A DNA stretch of 63,799 nucleotides, filler included, from Reticulomyxa filosa (lineage: Eukaryota > Protista > Foraminifera), in the NCBI GenBank assembly GCA_000512085.1. It is 14 parts of 14 records of this genome, joined end to end, with 100 filler letters (N's around TTAATTAATTAA, not from the genome) between each part and the next. Parts side by side here need not be neighbours in the genome. Positions count along the whole stretch, not along the records: positions 1 to 1,909 come from ASPP01028935.1; positions 2,010 to 3,079 come from ASPP01039412.1; positions 3,180 to 18,193 come from ASPP01007142.1; 11 more parts are not named here. The stretch is one strand, 5' to 3'. The position numbers were made by a program, and so were the translations under genes. Below are positions 1 through 12,108 of the stretch, piece after piece (within the stretch, counting starts at the first letter, position 1; every line of letters begins with the position of its first letter). The notes beneath the pieces were generated by a model. That model saw only the letters and a list, made by a program, of their open reading frames with translations, searched no databases and had not been told where the DNA came from.

Positions 1-1326
1 TTCATTAAGACATAAATTAACAACTCATAAATGTTTATTAAAAAAGATGCAAATTTGCAATTTTTTGGAATTTTTTGTCGTTTTTGACAAAAAAACTTGA
101 AAAAAAGATTTGTTAAAATTTTGTACATTATTACATTTGTGGTTCTACAATTGTGATTCCAAAAACGAATTAATTGCAAATAATTGAAATTAAAATTGTT
201 TTTTTGGAATGAATCATTACTTTTTCTTGAGTAATAATTTTCTGTTGAAGACAAAAAGTTTTCCCTTTTTAGAATAAGTTCTCTTGGACATTACGAATGT
301 CGTTTTTGCTCTTCTCTTTTCAAACAATCTAACAAGCCAAGTGTAAACAGCATGGAACTTGCTATCAAGGATTGCTTCTCCAACGCACTTCTCTGCAAAA
401 ATGGAACAGTTGCCGAAAAAGAAAGAAGACAGCCAGTGTAAACACAAGACACCCAAAACAACAACATCATTCGAAAAAAAAGTGCTGTCATCGCGGCCCA
501 AACAAATGTGCTTGGTCTCTCCTGACATCAGCAACACTCAGATTGACATTGTGTATCTGCCTTCACAGCCGAAGTGAGGATACATTTTTTTTATTTGTCC
601 GAAAGTGCATAACACATGAAATCATTCATAATAATAAAAAATCAGATATTCGATTATATACCCCTTTTCAAAGTCAAAAATAACACTATCTTTTTTTCAT
701 CGATCGAAATTAAAGGTTTATAATATTCAGTGTGTAGAATTAGAAAAAATCATCACACAGTGAGTAATTGTTGCAACGAAGTTCTCAATGTTACTGTATG
801 CTTTAGCCTTTTTTTTGTGAGCACTTGCTTAGGTAAAAATTTTTTTTTATTGTTACATTCGATCTGTTTAGCAGGATCATGTTTTTATGTATTTTTTATC
901 ACTTTGCTGTGACCAAACTCATTTCAAATCTAATATTTTAATAATGTGACTGTCCGAAACACTCGCTATTTTATAAAATAAGATTCTGAAAAACAAAAAT
1001 CATCGGTTGATTGTGTGATACCTACATGTGATTTTCATTTATTTTCTCGTTTTCGGTATCAGACATTTTTCCCGCTGATGGTAATGCCGAAAAAAAGTGA
1101 ACTTTTCAACTTCACCCCAAATTGAATAATTACTAACTTTTTTGCTTTGACATGATACATTATCAAAACATGTAATTCTTCAACTTGCTACCATTGCAAC
1201 AAAAATATTTAGACAAAATTATAATTTCTGAACATTGTAAGGGTGGGGATCGGATCAGTAAATATGATTTATTTATTTTTTAAAGCTCTGATCACTCATC
1301 AAAAAGACACAATTCAAAAAAAAAGG

Positions 1327-1637
1327 ACTCTCCAACAGTGGAAAGAAGTAAACTTGATGAACATCGACAAAGTTTGCAATTGTTTTTGAAGTTAAGACCC
1401 TCCAAAGCAGATTTAACGAAAAAAGGGGTCCTCGAAAAGAAAGACATGGTTAGCGGCGGATACGCTACAGCGACGGTTGAGTGTGTGCGTCAAGACCGCA
1501 GCATACTCCAAGCGAGAGGTATATTGAAGTTGACGGAAGAGCCAATGACAACCATAATGGATTCTGATAATTTTGTGCAGCTGGACGAACAGAGACACAC
1601 GAACCAGCTCATTCACATATCTGTTCAAATGAATTAG
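1327..1637 (+). CDS. RPEL (G-actin-binding) repeat-containing protein, partial exon or pseudogene
   Basis: LQLFLKLRPSKADLTKKGVL fits the RPEL consensus (L...RP...L...G/N-I/V-L). A second degenerate copy is RQDRSILQARGILK. No ATG; likely acceptor aaaag|GAC at 1326/1327. Coding-like sequence continues in another frame after the stop. Confidence 0.5.
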
Positions 1638-1909
1638 AAACAAGCCGCATTGAGCCAAATCGCAAAAGGCTATTCCACCACTCCACAATTGTCAAACTCG
1701 CTGACTTTAACGACGAACAGCACATCTGTAGACAGCAATGACGTGAACCAACCGTCGAATGATCTGGCAAGTGCAAGATCGTAAAAGAATTCACTATAAT
1801 GACCACATAATATTTCAACTACTCGTGACTAATGTCGTCAATGATCGAGTTGAATTGATTAACAATAGAAAGGTATTTTAAAAAAAAAAAAAATATATAT
1901 ATATATATG

Positions 1910-2009
1910 NNNNNNNNNNNNNNNNNNNNNNNNNNNNNNNNNNNNNNNNNNNNTTAATTAATTAANNNNNNNNNNNNNNNNNNNNNNNNNNNNNNNNNNN
2001 NNNNNNNNN
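1910..2009. other. Artificial contig-joining spacer (44N-TTAATTAATTAA-44N); first of 13
   Basis: Identical 100-bp spacer with stops in all six frames at 1910-2009, 3080-3179, 18194-18293, 22145-22244, 24451-24550, 28503-28602, 44159-44258, 46733-46832, 48257-48356, 50897-50996, 54756-54855, 58491-58590 and 59885-59984. Confidence 0.98.
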
Positions 2010-3361
2010 TTTCGGAAAAAGGGAAGAGAACATTCAGTTCAACTTTTTTTTTTGTCTTACAGAAAAATTACATTTTCTTTTAATTCTTTCAATTCAAATA
2101 ATTTTATTTTGTTTCCTAAGAATCTTTAGCATTTCAGTAGCTGTGTTTGAATAATTTCTAAGCTGAAAACAAAGTGAACAAATTAAACAAACTTTCATTC
2201 ATAGAAAAATCAATGATGTTGAAGACCAAGTTTGACAATAAATGCAAATGCAAAAAAGTTGCCATTATAGCATAAGTGTGTCCACTGAACGTTTTAAATA
2301 ATGATCTAAAGAACGAAATGTATCAAGCATAAAGAAAGTAGTAGCATGTGTTAAATAGTGATAATAAATATTAAATATTGCATTAATGCATATTTAAAAA
2401 GATTTTATTTATAAATAAAGATTAGGAAATATATTTTAATTACTTGAAAACTAACAAATAATTGTGTGATGTTCAATTATCGAAATATTTGTTTGAATTT
2501 ATAATAGCATAACTTTGCATTACACAATGAGCATTTTAAATTAAATGTGATCTAATGTATAATTATTTAAGCCACTTTTCAATTGGTTGGAATAATCGAT
2601 GAAAAATTATTAATACAGAACATTTCCAAAATTTTAGTCCAATTCAACAACAACTGATTTCTGAAAAATTTCGAGAGTGATGTCATGCTATTATTCACAA
2701 TGCTTTCATTCAAAATTATTCACGAACAATTCAAGGTTTATCCGCTATTTTGAACTCTTGAAAATTTGCTTGAGAAGTAACAAATCAAAGTAATTTTAAA
2801 AAAATTAATATTTTCAAGCAAAAGTAGTCAATACCTTTTTTCCTACAATCAACTGCAAAAACATCCCCTAAAATGAATCTCTATAAACATTTGCAAATTA
2901 TTCATCAAAAATCAACATTTCTTCAAAATTTAATATTCACACATCATGGAGAATTAAAATGTATAAAAATGTAAAGAATCACAAAAAAGACTGTTCATAA
3001 TTTCTTTCATTTTTCAAAATCATTAACTCCTTGATATGATGTCCAAACTTCCACTGCCAATTTTCTTTTAGATTGAAAGNNNNNNNNNNNNNNNNNNNNN
3101 NNNNNNNNNNNNNNNNNNNNNNNTTAATTAATTAANNNNNNNNNNNNNNNNNNNNNNNNNNNNNNNNNNNNNNNNNNNNTTTTTTTTTTTTTTTTTTGGA
3201 TTAAAGTTTGCCAGAAGTGTTTTTGCTGACAGTGCCAATTTTTTTTGAAATTAAAAAAAAACATAAAAATACAAAAATACATTATATACATACATATACA
3301 TGTACATATATGTATATATACATACATATGTAATGTATGACATTGTAAATGGACTGAATAG

Positions 3362-5000
3362 AGGATGCTTCTTGCTGTCATTTGCCAGCGAAAGCGAATC
3401 GACAATGGTGTTGCACATAGTGAATATAATTGCGAACAACGAGGATTACAACGGGGGATTAGAGAATCAGCTGATATGGTCAGGGTATGTGACAAAAAAA
3501 GGGAAGCGAATGGGCTTGCCGACAATGCGTTATTTTGTGTTACGTGGGATCGAATTGCAGCTGTTTAAATCGCACCAAAACTGGGAGAATGGCGAGGAGC
3601 CTTCGCAAAAGTTTTCATTACTGGGTTGCGATTTTTCACAAAAGCGAAGCGACGGGAAAGAAGTGAAATTCCGAAAGAGAGGATCAAGCGACGAGGACGG
3701 GTTCTTGACGTTGCGAATGCTTTCGCAAGTGGAGCGCGATGACTTTCTCAGCATCTGCGCACAGACATTAGGAGAGGCCATTGCTCGCAATAAGAACCAC
3801 CTCTCGCTGACTCCAAATGGCAACAGCAACACGATGACCCGTGGGACCAGTATCATGCGTATGTCGATGGACGAGTCGGAGAGTGAGTCCGAAGGGGACA
3901 AGTCGGACGGGATGGCCACTACGCCGCGTTCGAAAATGGAGGATGAAAAAGACAGCCAACGAGAAGCCAATGGAGGACAACAACTGTCCGCACGGTCTGC
4001 TGTTGAGACTACGACCCCTTCGAGCACCAATCGAGCCCTTGGCAATGAAATGGATAGCGACAGCTCGAATTTCGTCTTGCTGAATGATAGTGGTGGTGGC
4101 TTGGGCGATGTCATCGAACGTTCTCAAACCCTGAATCGTGGAATGGCGGGTCCCAGCTCCTTTTATGAGTCGGCGCATGCGGCACATTTGGTGAGTGATC
4201 AATTGGTGGAGAAACGGTCGCAGCGATATAACCGCCACTTGGAACAACTGCAACACACTCCGAGAATGTATGGAGCCTCGCACATCAAGGCTCTGAATCG
4301 TCTGGCCAAACGCAGGGCCTCCGATATCGACTTCATCGAGGAAACGTTCAAAGGGGACGAGGTCAAACTCGCCAGCCAAAAAGACGAACATTTGCAGACA
4401 TGCAAGTTGCTCGATACTCTTTCCAAGTCCATCATTTCTGGTGCCTTTTTGAATCGCACTTTGTTCATTCATAAAGCCGTTTGGACACAAAACAAAGTCA
4501 TGGTGTCCAACTACGAACAAAAGTTGGAAACGTTTGATGCTGTTGCCAAAGGCTTGAACAAGGCCTTCGATGATATCGATTTGACGTGGCTCCAAAAAGA
4601 CAACTTCAAAAATGCCGACTCGTTCCTCAAAAAAATGAAAGAGTGCCACTCCACTTTGCTCGCTGCCTCCACTGAGTTGGAAACGTATGCCCAAAAGTCA
4701 GTCATCAAATCCAAACAAACAGGCGTTGGCAAGTTGTGGAATAGCTTGAAGGACAAGTCTCAAAGCAAGGTTTATGACAACTCCGAGTACAAAGAGTTGG
4801 TGAGGCAGATATGTTCCCATGGCTCCAAAATTGAAATGTATTACACTTATCTATCCACGTCGCAACACAATCACAACCTGCTTATCGCTCTTGAAGAGGT
4901 CTGCAAACTCATGTCGGTCTTCTCTGGAGTCGTCCTTTCGGATTTGAAAGAGTTCCTCAAAGTTTATTTGAGGAGAGGCGCCAAAAATCTTTATGAGTAA
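3362..5000 (+). CDS. PH-domain protein with disordered linker and helical C-terminal domain; 5'-partial, last exon
   Basis: WSGYVTKKGKRMGLPTMRYFVLRGIELQLFKS...LTLRMLSQVERDDFLSIC is a typical PH pattern. Long GC-richer ORF ends TAA at 5000. The upstream (TA)n/poly-T region looks intronic (acceptor aatag at ~3361). Confidence 0.75.
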
Positions 5001-5974
5001 TCTTTTTACTTTTCAGTATCATATATCACAAGTTTCTACTCCTGTATGTTTGCTGGTCTGAGAGAGAGGACAAGGGGAAGGGAGAGTGTATATGCGTTTT
5101 GTAAATTCTGCATAAAATACCAAAAGTGTTCACAAACTGCGATAACTATTGAGATTGAATAAGTTACTACAACAGTGCAGCTGTTAACATAAAGAATACT
5201 TTTTCTCTTTTACAAATTTACATGCGTTGAATTTGAGAACAAGGCACAATGTTATTTGAAATTTTTTTTGCTAAAATAATTTTTCAAGGAAAAATTGAAA
5301 TGATTGAACTGTTCATCCATTTCATTCGAAATACAAAGTGCAAGAATTGACGTCGAAAACTGCAAAAGTTTTAAAAGGAGAAAAAAAATATTAAATTCAA
5401 TATTTTAACTCTTTCGCTACACAGGAATGAAACATTTTGAAGGAGCTGACCAACAAACCTAGTAAGCCCTGTGCTGCATCGTGCTCCGACAGAACGTTAG
5501 GGAGTAACTGGCATGGTATTATTTCAATTTCCCATTTTTTTTGGAAAGGCCTGGCCCACAATCTCGTTCTATCATTTTTTATAAGGATGACTTATTCCAC
5601 GCCTTATGTTTATCATTTTTTATTTTTGAGATCATTTAGAAACAAGTCTATTTTGAAAAGAGTCTTAATATCAACTCTAATCGTATTAATAACCAAAACT
5701 ATGTAGACTCACATTGTTCGAAAGTTTATTTTCAGCGAACTCTAAAAGCCAGCCTTTTTTAAAAAGAATAACAAGATTTGAAGGCTAAGCTTGAGAATTT
5801 GCCAAACATTTGGGGCACCAATTTATAACGTGGTGAAATTTGTTAATGCAAAAACAAAAAGAGCAAATGACACAAATCTTTTGAGGAACAACAATCTCTT
5901 AAGTTTTTTTCTTTTAATGATTTATTTTATTGTAAATCAAACCACAAAAAAGACCAGCTTAATGAAACACTGGC

Positions 5975-6612
5975 TTAATCGGAATCGCTGTCTCCGCCAC
6001 CGCCACCGAACAAGTCCTTTGGGGCTATGTTCAAAAAAAGTGTTTGTGTTAAAATCAAACATAAAACAGTCTTTTATGATCGAGGCAAAATACAATGTAG
6101 TAATACCATCTTCTGACTCTTTTTCTTCTTCCTCCTCTTCTTCTTTCTTTGCTTCCGTGGCTGCTGCCGCTCCTCCAGCCGCAGGAGCGGCTCCGGCTGC
6201 AACTGCTACTCCGGCACCTCCTTTGTTTATTGTAAATATTGCAGCTAAGTTTTTCTTAGGTTGTTTTTTTTTTACACAAAAAGTGGTCCGATCTTGCGTA
6301 AACAAAAAAAAAACATACCAGCAGGAACTGCTGCAAGTTTGTCCAATCCTTGTTGAATGGCTTCGTCAACAGTTTTGCCTGATTTTTCCAAATCTTCAAA
6401 TAATGCATTCAATTTTTCTTTGTTTGCTTCTATTCCCACACTGTCTAAAATTTTGGCTATGTCCTGTGGGAGTTGTTTTAATATTGCTTTTTCTCTTCTA
6501 TGCTTCATTAACGAACAAAAAAGAAAAAGGGAAATTTCTAGTTGTCAACTTCTTTTGTTGGTTTGTCTTTGCCTCCCAAACGAGCTAATAGATAACAGAC
6601 TACTTCTTTCAT
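5975..6612 (-). CDS. RPLP2: 60S acidic ribosomal protein P2, 4 exons (6612-6550, 6463-6319, 6220-6107, 6024-5975)
   Basis: GT-AG splicing with matching phases gives MKEVVCYLLARLGGKDKPTKE|DIAKILDSVGIEANKEKLNALFEDLEKSGKTVDEAIQQGLDKLAAVPA|GGAGVAVAAGAAPAAGGAAAATEAKKEEEEEEEKESED|APKDLFGGGGGDSDSD*. This has the P2 N-terminal domain, Ala hinge and acidic tail. Confidence 0.93.
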
Positions 6613-7016
6613 TGTTTAGGCAAAAGGTGGTATTTGATTGCGCCACTAAGAACTATTGAAAATACAATATTTGCAAAAATTCAAAAACAAAAAAAAACTA
6701 GGTAGATTTTTACACAACTACTTTACTTTGGTCGTAGTTTCTCACGAAAATCCATTTTAAAAGCAGTAGTTGCTGGTATATTTTCAAAGTAATTTTTTGT
6801 ATTTTCAGGTCAGACATCAAAAGCATTTATGAACTCTCAAGAACAGCTTCACGTCCGACATAACAATAAAAGTTATAATTTTGATCATTCCCAACGTAGC
6901 TTTGATAACTTCCGACTCATTTGTTAGTTGCGAGAAAAAATAACGCGTAAACAGCGTCTGTTGAAAGACTACACAACAAAAAACTCAATTAAATTCAAAA
7001 TAATAATATTGAAAAA

Positions 7017-9000
7017 ATGGAGGTCATGAAGACAGCGGAAAAGCTAGAGACATGCCCAATTTGCTCACGAGACTTTTTGTCTATTACCTGGTGTACTCCA
7101 GTTGAAACAACAAAATGTGCTTTGTGCACAAGAGACTCAATAGCGCAAACAAAGCAAAGGACATTTGAGATTTTCGAGCGCTATCAAAGAGGACAGTGTG
7201 GATGTGTTCTTTGCGAGTATTGTATAGTAGCAGTTGAGACAAAGGGTAGGAAGAAAAAGAAAAGAGAGGAATGGCAGTAAGGGCTAATAATGACAGAGAA
7301 TAAAAATGTAATTGGCACAATGTTGCAAATGTGATCTCTTTCCTGTATTTGTTTGTTCTTTGCGTTCAATAAAAAAAAAAAGAAATGAATGAAAAAAAAA
7401 AATAAGGAATTGCAACCCACAAAGTCAGCAAGCAAGTCAAAGAAGAGGCCAAACATTAGCCCTCAACTCAATGACACCAAAGAGAGCTTACAGAATGGAG
7501 ACCATAGCACGAGGTAGTAAGATTATACATTATCGAACGGTATCACTATTAATTTTTTTTTTTTTTGAATAGCAATATGAATGCAAGGGACAAAGCAAAG
7601 GAAGAGCCGACAAAAAATCAGTCCAAAAAGAAGTTGAAACGAAATCGAAGTCCAGATCTAGAACGATCGAGACAAGACAAGGAAAGAATAGAAGGGACAG
7701 GAATAGGGGCAGAAGACGAAAAAGAAAAGAAAAAAGAAAAAGAAAAAGAAAAAGAAAAGGAAAAGAGCAAAGACTGTGGTGATGCAGAAGATCAACTCCC
7801 GTCAATATTGACTCCGAAGCGGCGGAAAATAAGCGTTAACGATTACAGAACAACAGCACAGCTAGCAACACTGCCTGTGTTCGAAGAAACAGATCAATGG
7901 GCTTCAAAGGAACAAGGAAAAATTGCAAAGTCAGACACTAAAAAAGAAAAAAGTAATAGCAGCAAAAGCAACAACAGAAACAAAAAAAAGATGAAGAAGA
8001 TATGTTAAGAATAAATTTACGCATGTTGTTGTTGTTGTTGTTGTTGTTGTTGCACGTTTCATTTGCGCTTATGTTTCCTATATGTCCATTACAATAATAA
8101 TAATAATAAGTGTATACGTATACATTTACTATTATTATTATTATTATTTGTTATGATCATTGTGATTATAACAAATAATAATACAAAATATAACAATGAC
8201 AGTGAATTGGATTTGCCAAAGCTATTTTTCTCGAAGACTCCATCGACTAAGCACAAAAAAGCAATCTCTTCCTTTTCGGAAGCGAGGCATGGGAACGCAA
8301 TGCCAAGTCGGAATGAACACACAAGGCAAACAACGCAACATATCAAAGAAAAACAGGGACGCGAAAGAGAAAAAGAAAAAGAAAAAGAAAGAAAAAAGAA
8401 AGGGAAAGAAAAAGGAAAAGAAAAGGGAAAAGAAAAGGGAAAAGAAAAGGGAAAAGAAAAAGAAAAAGAAAAGGAAAAGGAAAGTTCAGTTGAAAGCTCG
8501 ATCGGAAGTTTAATTGAAAGTTTAATCGAAAGTTCAAGTGAAGATGATAGTTCAAACTCGACTTTCCATCATACTTCCAACTCCCATTCAAGTAAACGCC
8601 AACGCAAAAAAGACAAGCAACGATATAAAAAAAGGAATCACAAACACAATGACAAAAATCGTTCAAAGAAAAAGAAAAATACAAAAGATGCACCCATTTT
8701 CATCGTTGATGACTCGGACTCAAGCAAAGACGATGAAACAACTAAGAATAAGGCTTATTGTCATCGTTTACAACAAGAAACACACACCAGTGATGATTAT
8801 TATTCTGATTCACTGTCCAAACAAAAGAAATCCAAGTTGGCTTTTTTATTTTTATTATTACTCTTCATATTTTCGTTCCCCCCCCCCTTTTTTTCCAAAA
8901 AAAAACTCTTGAGTGATATAAGTGTCTCGCGTTGACAAAACAAGGAACAAAAGCACATGCAAGAAATGCGAAAGACACAAGAAAGAATGGCTAGGTACTG
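7017..9000 (+). CDS. Multi-exon hypothetical protein: Cys-rich (RING/zinc-finger-like) N-terminus, then Lys/Glu/Ser-rich low complexity
   Basis: CPIC...CALC...CGCVLCEYC in the first ORF. Downstream coding-like blocks at ~7407-7512, 7573-8002 and ~8200-8835 are separated by poly-A/T and (TTG)n/(AAT)n intron-like DNA. Exon joins are not fully resolved. Confidence 0.45.
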
Positions 9001-9436
9001 ATCAAATTAACAGATTTGCAAAGACAGCTGAGTCACACTGTTAGAAAGATGAAAGACTTACTCTGATGAACAATTGGTTACTTTGGCGATTGCTGTATGC
9101 TTTGCCTAGGGCTGAAACTATTACCATTGTCCATATCTTACTACGGCAATATTTTCGCTTTATGGGGCGATACAGCAATTGTGTTCAACATATGTAATCC
9201 TTCACTTGTTTTAAATTCTGTAATACATTAGATAGCAACTTTTAACTAGCTGTTCTATTTTATCTATCGCATTTTTCATAATTTTGTTTTTCCGAATGTT
9301 TTTTGCACAGCGTATAAAAACCTAATCATTGGTTATATGTTTCATATAGATTGTTTACTGCTTGTTCTTTACCGCGAGGGACTTGTCAAAAGCAAATAAA
9401 TTTTTTTAAATAATATATTCATTAATAGCAAAAAAG

Positions 9437-10372
9437 ATGACCGAACAAGTAGGAGGACAAGAAGAGAAAGAAAGCTATTTGAAAGATGATTCGTTGGAAT
9501 GGTTGACCGTAAATGTGCGAGGACAACAGTACCGAAAGTTGAAGAAAGTTCGGATTGGAAAAATGATGAAAATATCAGGAAGAATCGAAGAGGACAAACG
9601 ACAAGAAAAGACAGATGAAAAATGGAGAAGGAATTGGAAAAGAGAAAGAGGAAACGTGTTTGGTGGAGTAAGAGAAATAAGAGACAAATATAGAAAATTG
9701 AAAGCGATGGGAGTAAAGAGGAATGTACTCGAACATTTTGTGTATGTAAGCCTGAGAATGTCAAATGAAGGTAAAGAACAAGAAATAATAAAAATGATAA
9801 AAGAAGAAGAAGAAGAAGAAGCAAACAATAGAAATGAAAAAGAAAGAGAATGGATAGATGCAGTAATAAAGCAAAGCCAAAATAAAAAGTATCGATCATT
9901 ATGCGATACAAGAAATCGAAAAGACGATCGCAAATGGGTTGAATCGAAATGTTATTTGCCCGAACTTGGTTATAAAAACAGTGGAATAACATTTTATAAT
10001 TGGAAGAATTTAAATGAAAAGATAGCAGAAAATTATGAACGAATTGTGTATGGCGATCACGGGCCCTATATTGAATTCCATTCAGATAACATCTGTTGGG
10101 ATTCCTTTCCCATTTGCATTGACAAAGGGGACTCGATTGCGTATTATATCGAACATTACACAAGGGACAAAAATGTCAAATTGTATCAACAAAAAAAAAA
10201 TGTGAAAGATCAGCCCAATCCACCTAAAGGACCTTACAGTGTTTCACACTTTCGATCTAATGGCTATGCTGATTATGTTGTTGGCATGTTTTATATTTCT
10301 CCAGATCAAATTTCTGTTGGGGGAATACACTGTCATTTCAATTATCCTTTTGCTCCGTATTTTTTTTCCTAA
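9437..10372 (+). CDS. Hypothetical protein with a conserved-looking globular domain (YERIVYGDHGPYIEF...VKLYQQ...GYADYxxGMFYISP); possibly the 5' part of the AlkB gene
   Basis: 311-aa ATG-initiated ORF: charged N-half and aromatic/Gly-rich globular C-half. No AT-rich intergenic gap before the downstream coding exon. Confidence 0.65.
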   Translation: MTEQVGGQEEKESYLKDDSLEWLTVNVRGQQYRKLKKVRIGKMMKISGRIEEDKRQEKTDEKWRRNWKRERGNVFGGVREIRDKYRKLKAMGVKRNVLEHFVYVSLRMSNEGKEQEIIKMIKEEEEEEANNRNEKEREWIDAVIKQSQNKKYRSLCDTRNRKDDRKWVESKCYLPELGYKNSGITFYNWKNLNEKIAENYERIVYGDHGPYIEFHSDNICWDSFPICIDKGDSIAYYIEHYTRDKNVKLYQQKKNVKDQPNPPKGPYSVSHFRSNGYADYVVGMFYISPDQISVGGIHCHFNYPFAPYFFS

Positions 10373-10373
10373 G

Positions 10374-11780
10374 TCGCCCCACTTCTTCGTCATTTGCTCG
10401 TGCAAGAGATCACACAATTCAACCTGCACGTCCAACCACCTCATATCGTTTGGGTGGAGTGGAACCGCATAGCGCTTCATGTGCTCAATCAACATTTCAA
10501 AAGCATAATCGTAATCGCAATAGCAACCGAAATGCAGCTCAGGATGATGGCTACAATGATGATAATGGTGATTACAATGATAATGGTGATTACAATGACG
10601 ATGATGAGTATAATGACGATGGTGATTACAATGACAATGATTATAATGATAAGGGTAACAATGAATACAATGATAAGGGCAACAACGATAATGGTAAGAA
10701 TTATGATGACAATGATCAGGATTACGATTACAATGATAATAACAATGACTACAATGATAAAGATTATGATAATAAGGGCTACAATGATAAGAATTATGAT
10801 GATAATGATAATGGCAATGACAAAAACGATTATTACAAAGACAGATTTGATGACACTGCATCCAATCAGACATATATTACAATGTCAACAGAGGCTGATA
10901 CTGCTACAACATTTGATGCAAAAAGGTAACACTTTCCTCCTCTCCACTCCCCTCTCGGTATTTAAAAAAAAAAAAAAGAATTGCAACAAAAATGCAAACA
11001 TACATAGCATAACCTCTTCCGTATATCGTCCCAAACAATTGAAAATAACAATCACTCCCAATCCGACATTGAAACATGAATTGGCACTAAAGGCATTTGC
11101 GGAGTGCAAGAGTGGGAAATACGTCCCTGGATTAATATATATTCCCGATTTAATAACAGAAGAAGAGCAGGAGCAAATAGCAACAGATTTAAAAAATAAT
11201 GTACATTGGTGGGCAGAGCATTCCCAAATTCAACAAAAACGTAGATCGTTACAATTTGGCTATACATTAGATTATAAGGCAATGGAGTTGTATCCTTCCA
11301 AAGGTGTCCTTGCTACCATACCATCTTGCTTTGCTTATCTTGCTCAAAGAATTCAAACATATTTAGAAAAAGATCTTGGCTTTAAGTCAATTAAATCTTT
11401 CAACCAATTAATTTTAAATGAGTATCTACCAAATCAAGGCATTACTCCACATACCGATCGAACGCATGTCTTTGGCCCAGTTGTTGCTGGTTTAAGCTTA
11501 TTTTCTCCCTGTGTCATCGATTTTCAACTTCCACATTCTAATCCTCCTCTCTCAAAACCTGTGCTTCTTCTTCCTCGCTCTGTTTTTGTTATCACTGATG
11601 ACGCACGATACAAATGGACCCACGGCATTTCCGACTCAAAAACTCATACCTTTTATGGCCATTCTTTTACAAGAGGTATTCGATATTCGATGACTTTTCC
11701 GGCATGCCTTGTCTATTCAATCTGAAGTTTTGTCTCGTTCTTCTTACAACACTGTCAGTGCCACTGCCATGAATCTTTGA
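10374..11780 (+). CDS. AlkB-family 2OG-Fe(II) dioxygenase (ALKBH8/ALKBH4-like catalytic domain) preceded by an Asp/Asn/Tyr-rich repeat exon
   Basis: PGLIYIPDLITEEE, RRSLQFGY, FNQLILNEYLPNQGITPHTD (HxD), LSL, PRSVFVITDDARYKWTHGI (distal His), RxxRYSMTF. The D/N/Y-rich exon splices in phase via intron 10926-11007 (AG|gtaac...catag|C). Removing one T from the run near 11695-11698 restores the conserved TFR and extends the ORF to TGA 11780. Confidence 0.85.
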
Positions 11781-12108
11781 TTTTCTTTTCGTAACTGGTT
11801 TTTGGGTCAATCCAACATCTGTGTATTCTCTCACGAACGCAAATCACATTTAGTTCGATTTTTTTTTAAGTGTGTGCCACTAACAATGAATTCTTTATTA
11901 AAAAACTCTTTGATTTCTTTAGAAAGAAATTCGTCCTTCCTCATTACATTTTCGTGCAACAACACAAAAGGCAGATTACTTGCAAAAAAAAAAATGCTTT
12001 TCTTTGAAGTGGATATCTAATTCATTTTTTTTTGCTTCGTGTTTGAGGACTGCCTTTTTCCCTTTTTTGTAAGGGAGCTGATCCCTGTTTAAAGATTGGA
12101 TATCACAA

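Noticed and set aside
2010-3079. Coding-like fragments on the minus strand of the short contig
   Set aside because: Too many stops and no motif I can assign.
3530-4756. Long minus-strand ORFs overlapping the PH gene (similar cases at 9369-10163, 47524-48088, 51876-52420)
   Set aside because: Antisense or alternative-frame shadows of GC-richer or low-complexity coding regions; no motifs.
5791-6588. 265-aa + strand ORF
   Set aside because: Antisense shadow of RPLP2.
10394-10925. Met/Ile/Thr-rich N-terminus of ORF 10394-11725 and His/Cys/Tyr-rich antisense ORF 10244-10873
   Set aside because: Shadow frames of the D/N/Y repeat exon; splice phase supports the 10450 frame.
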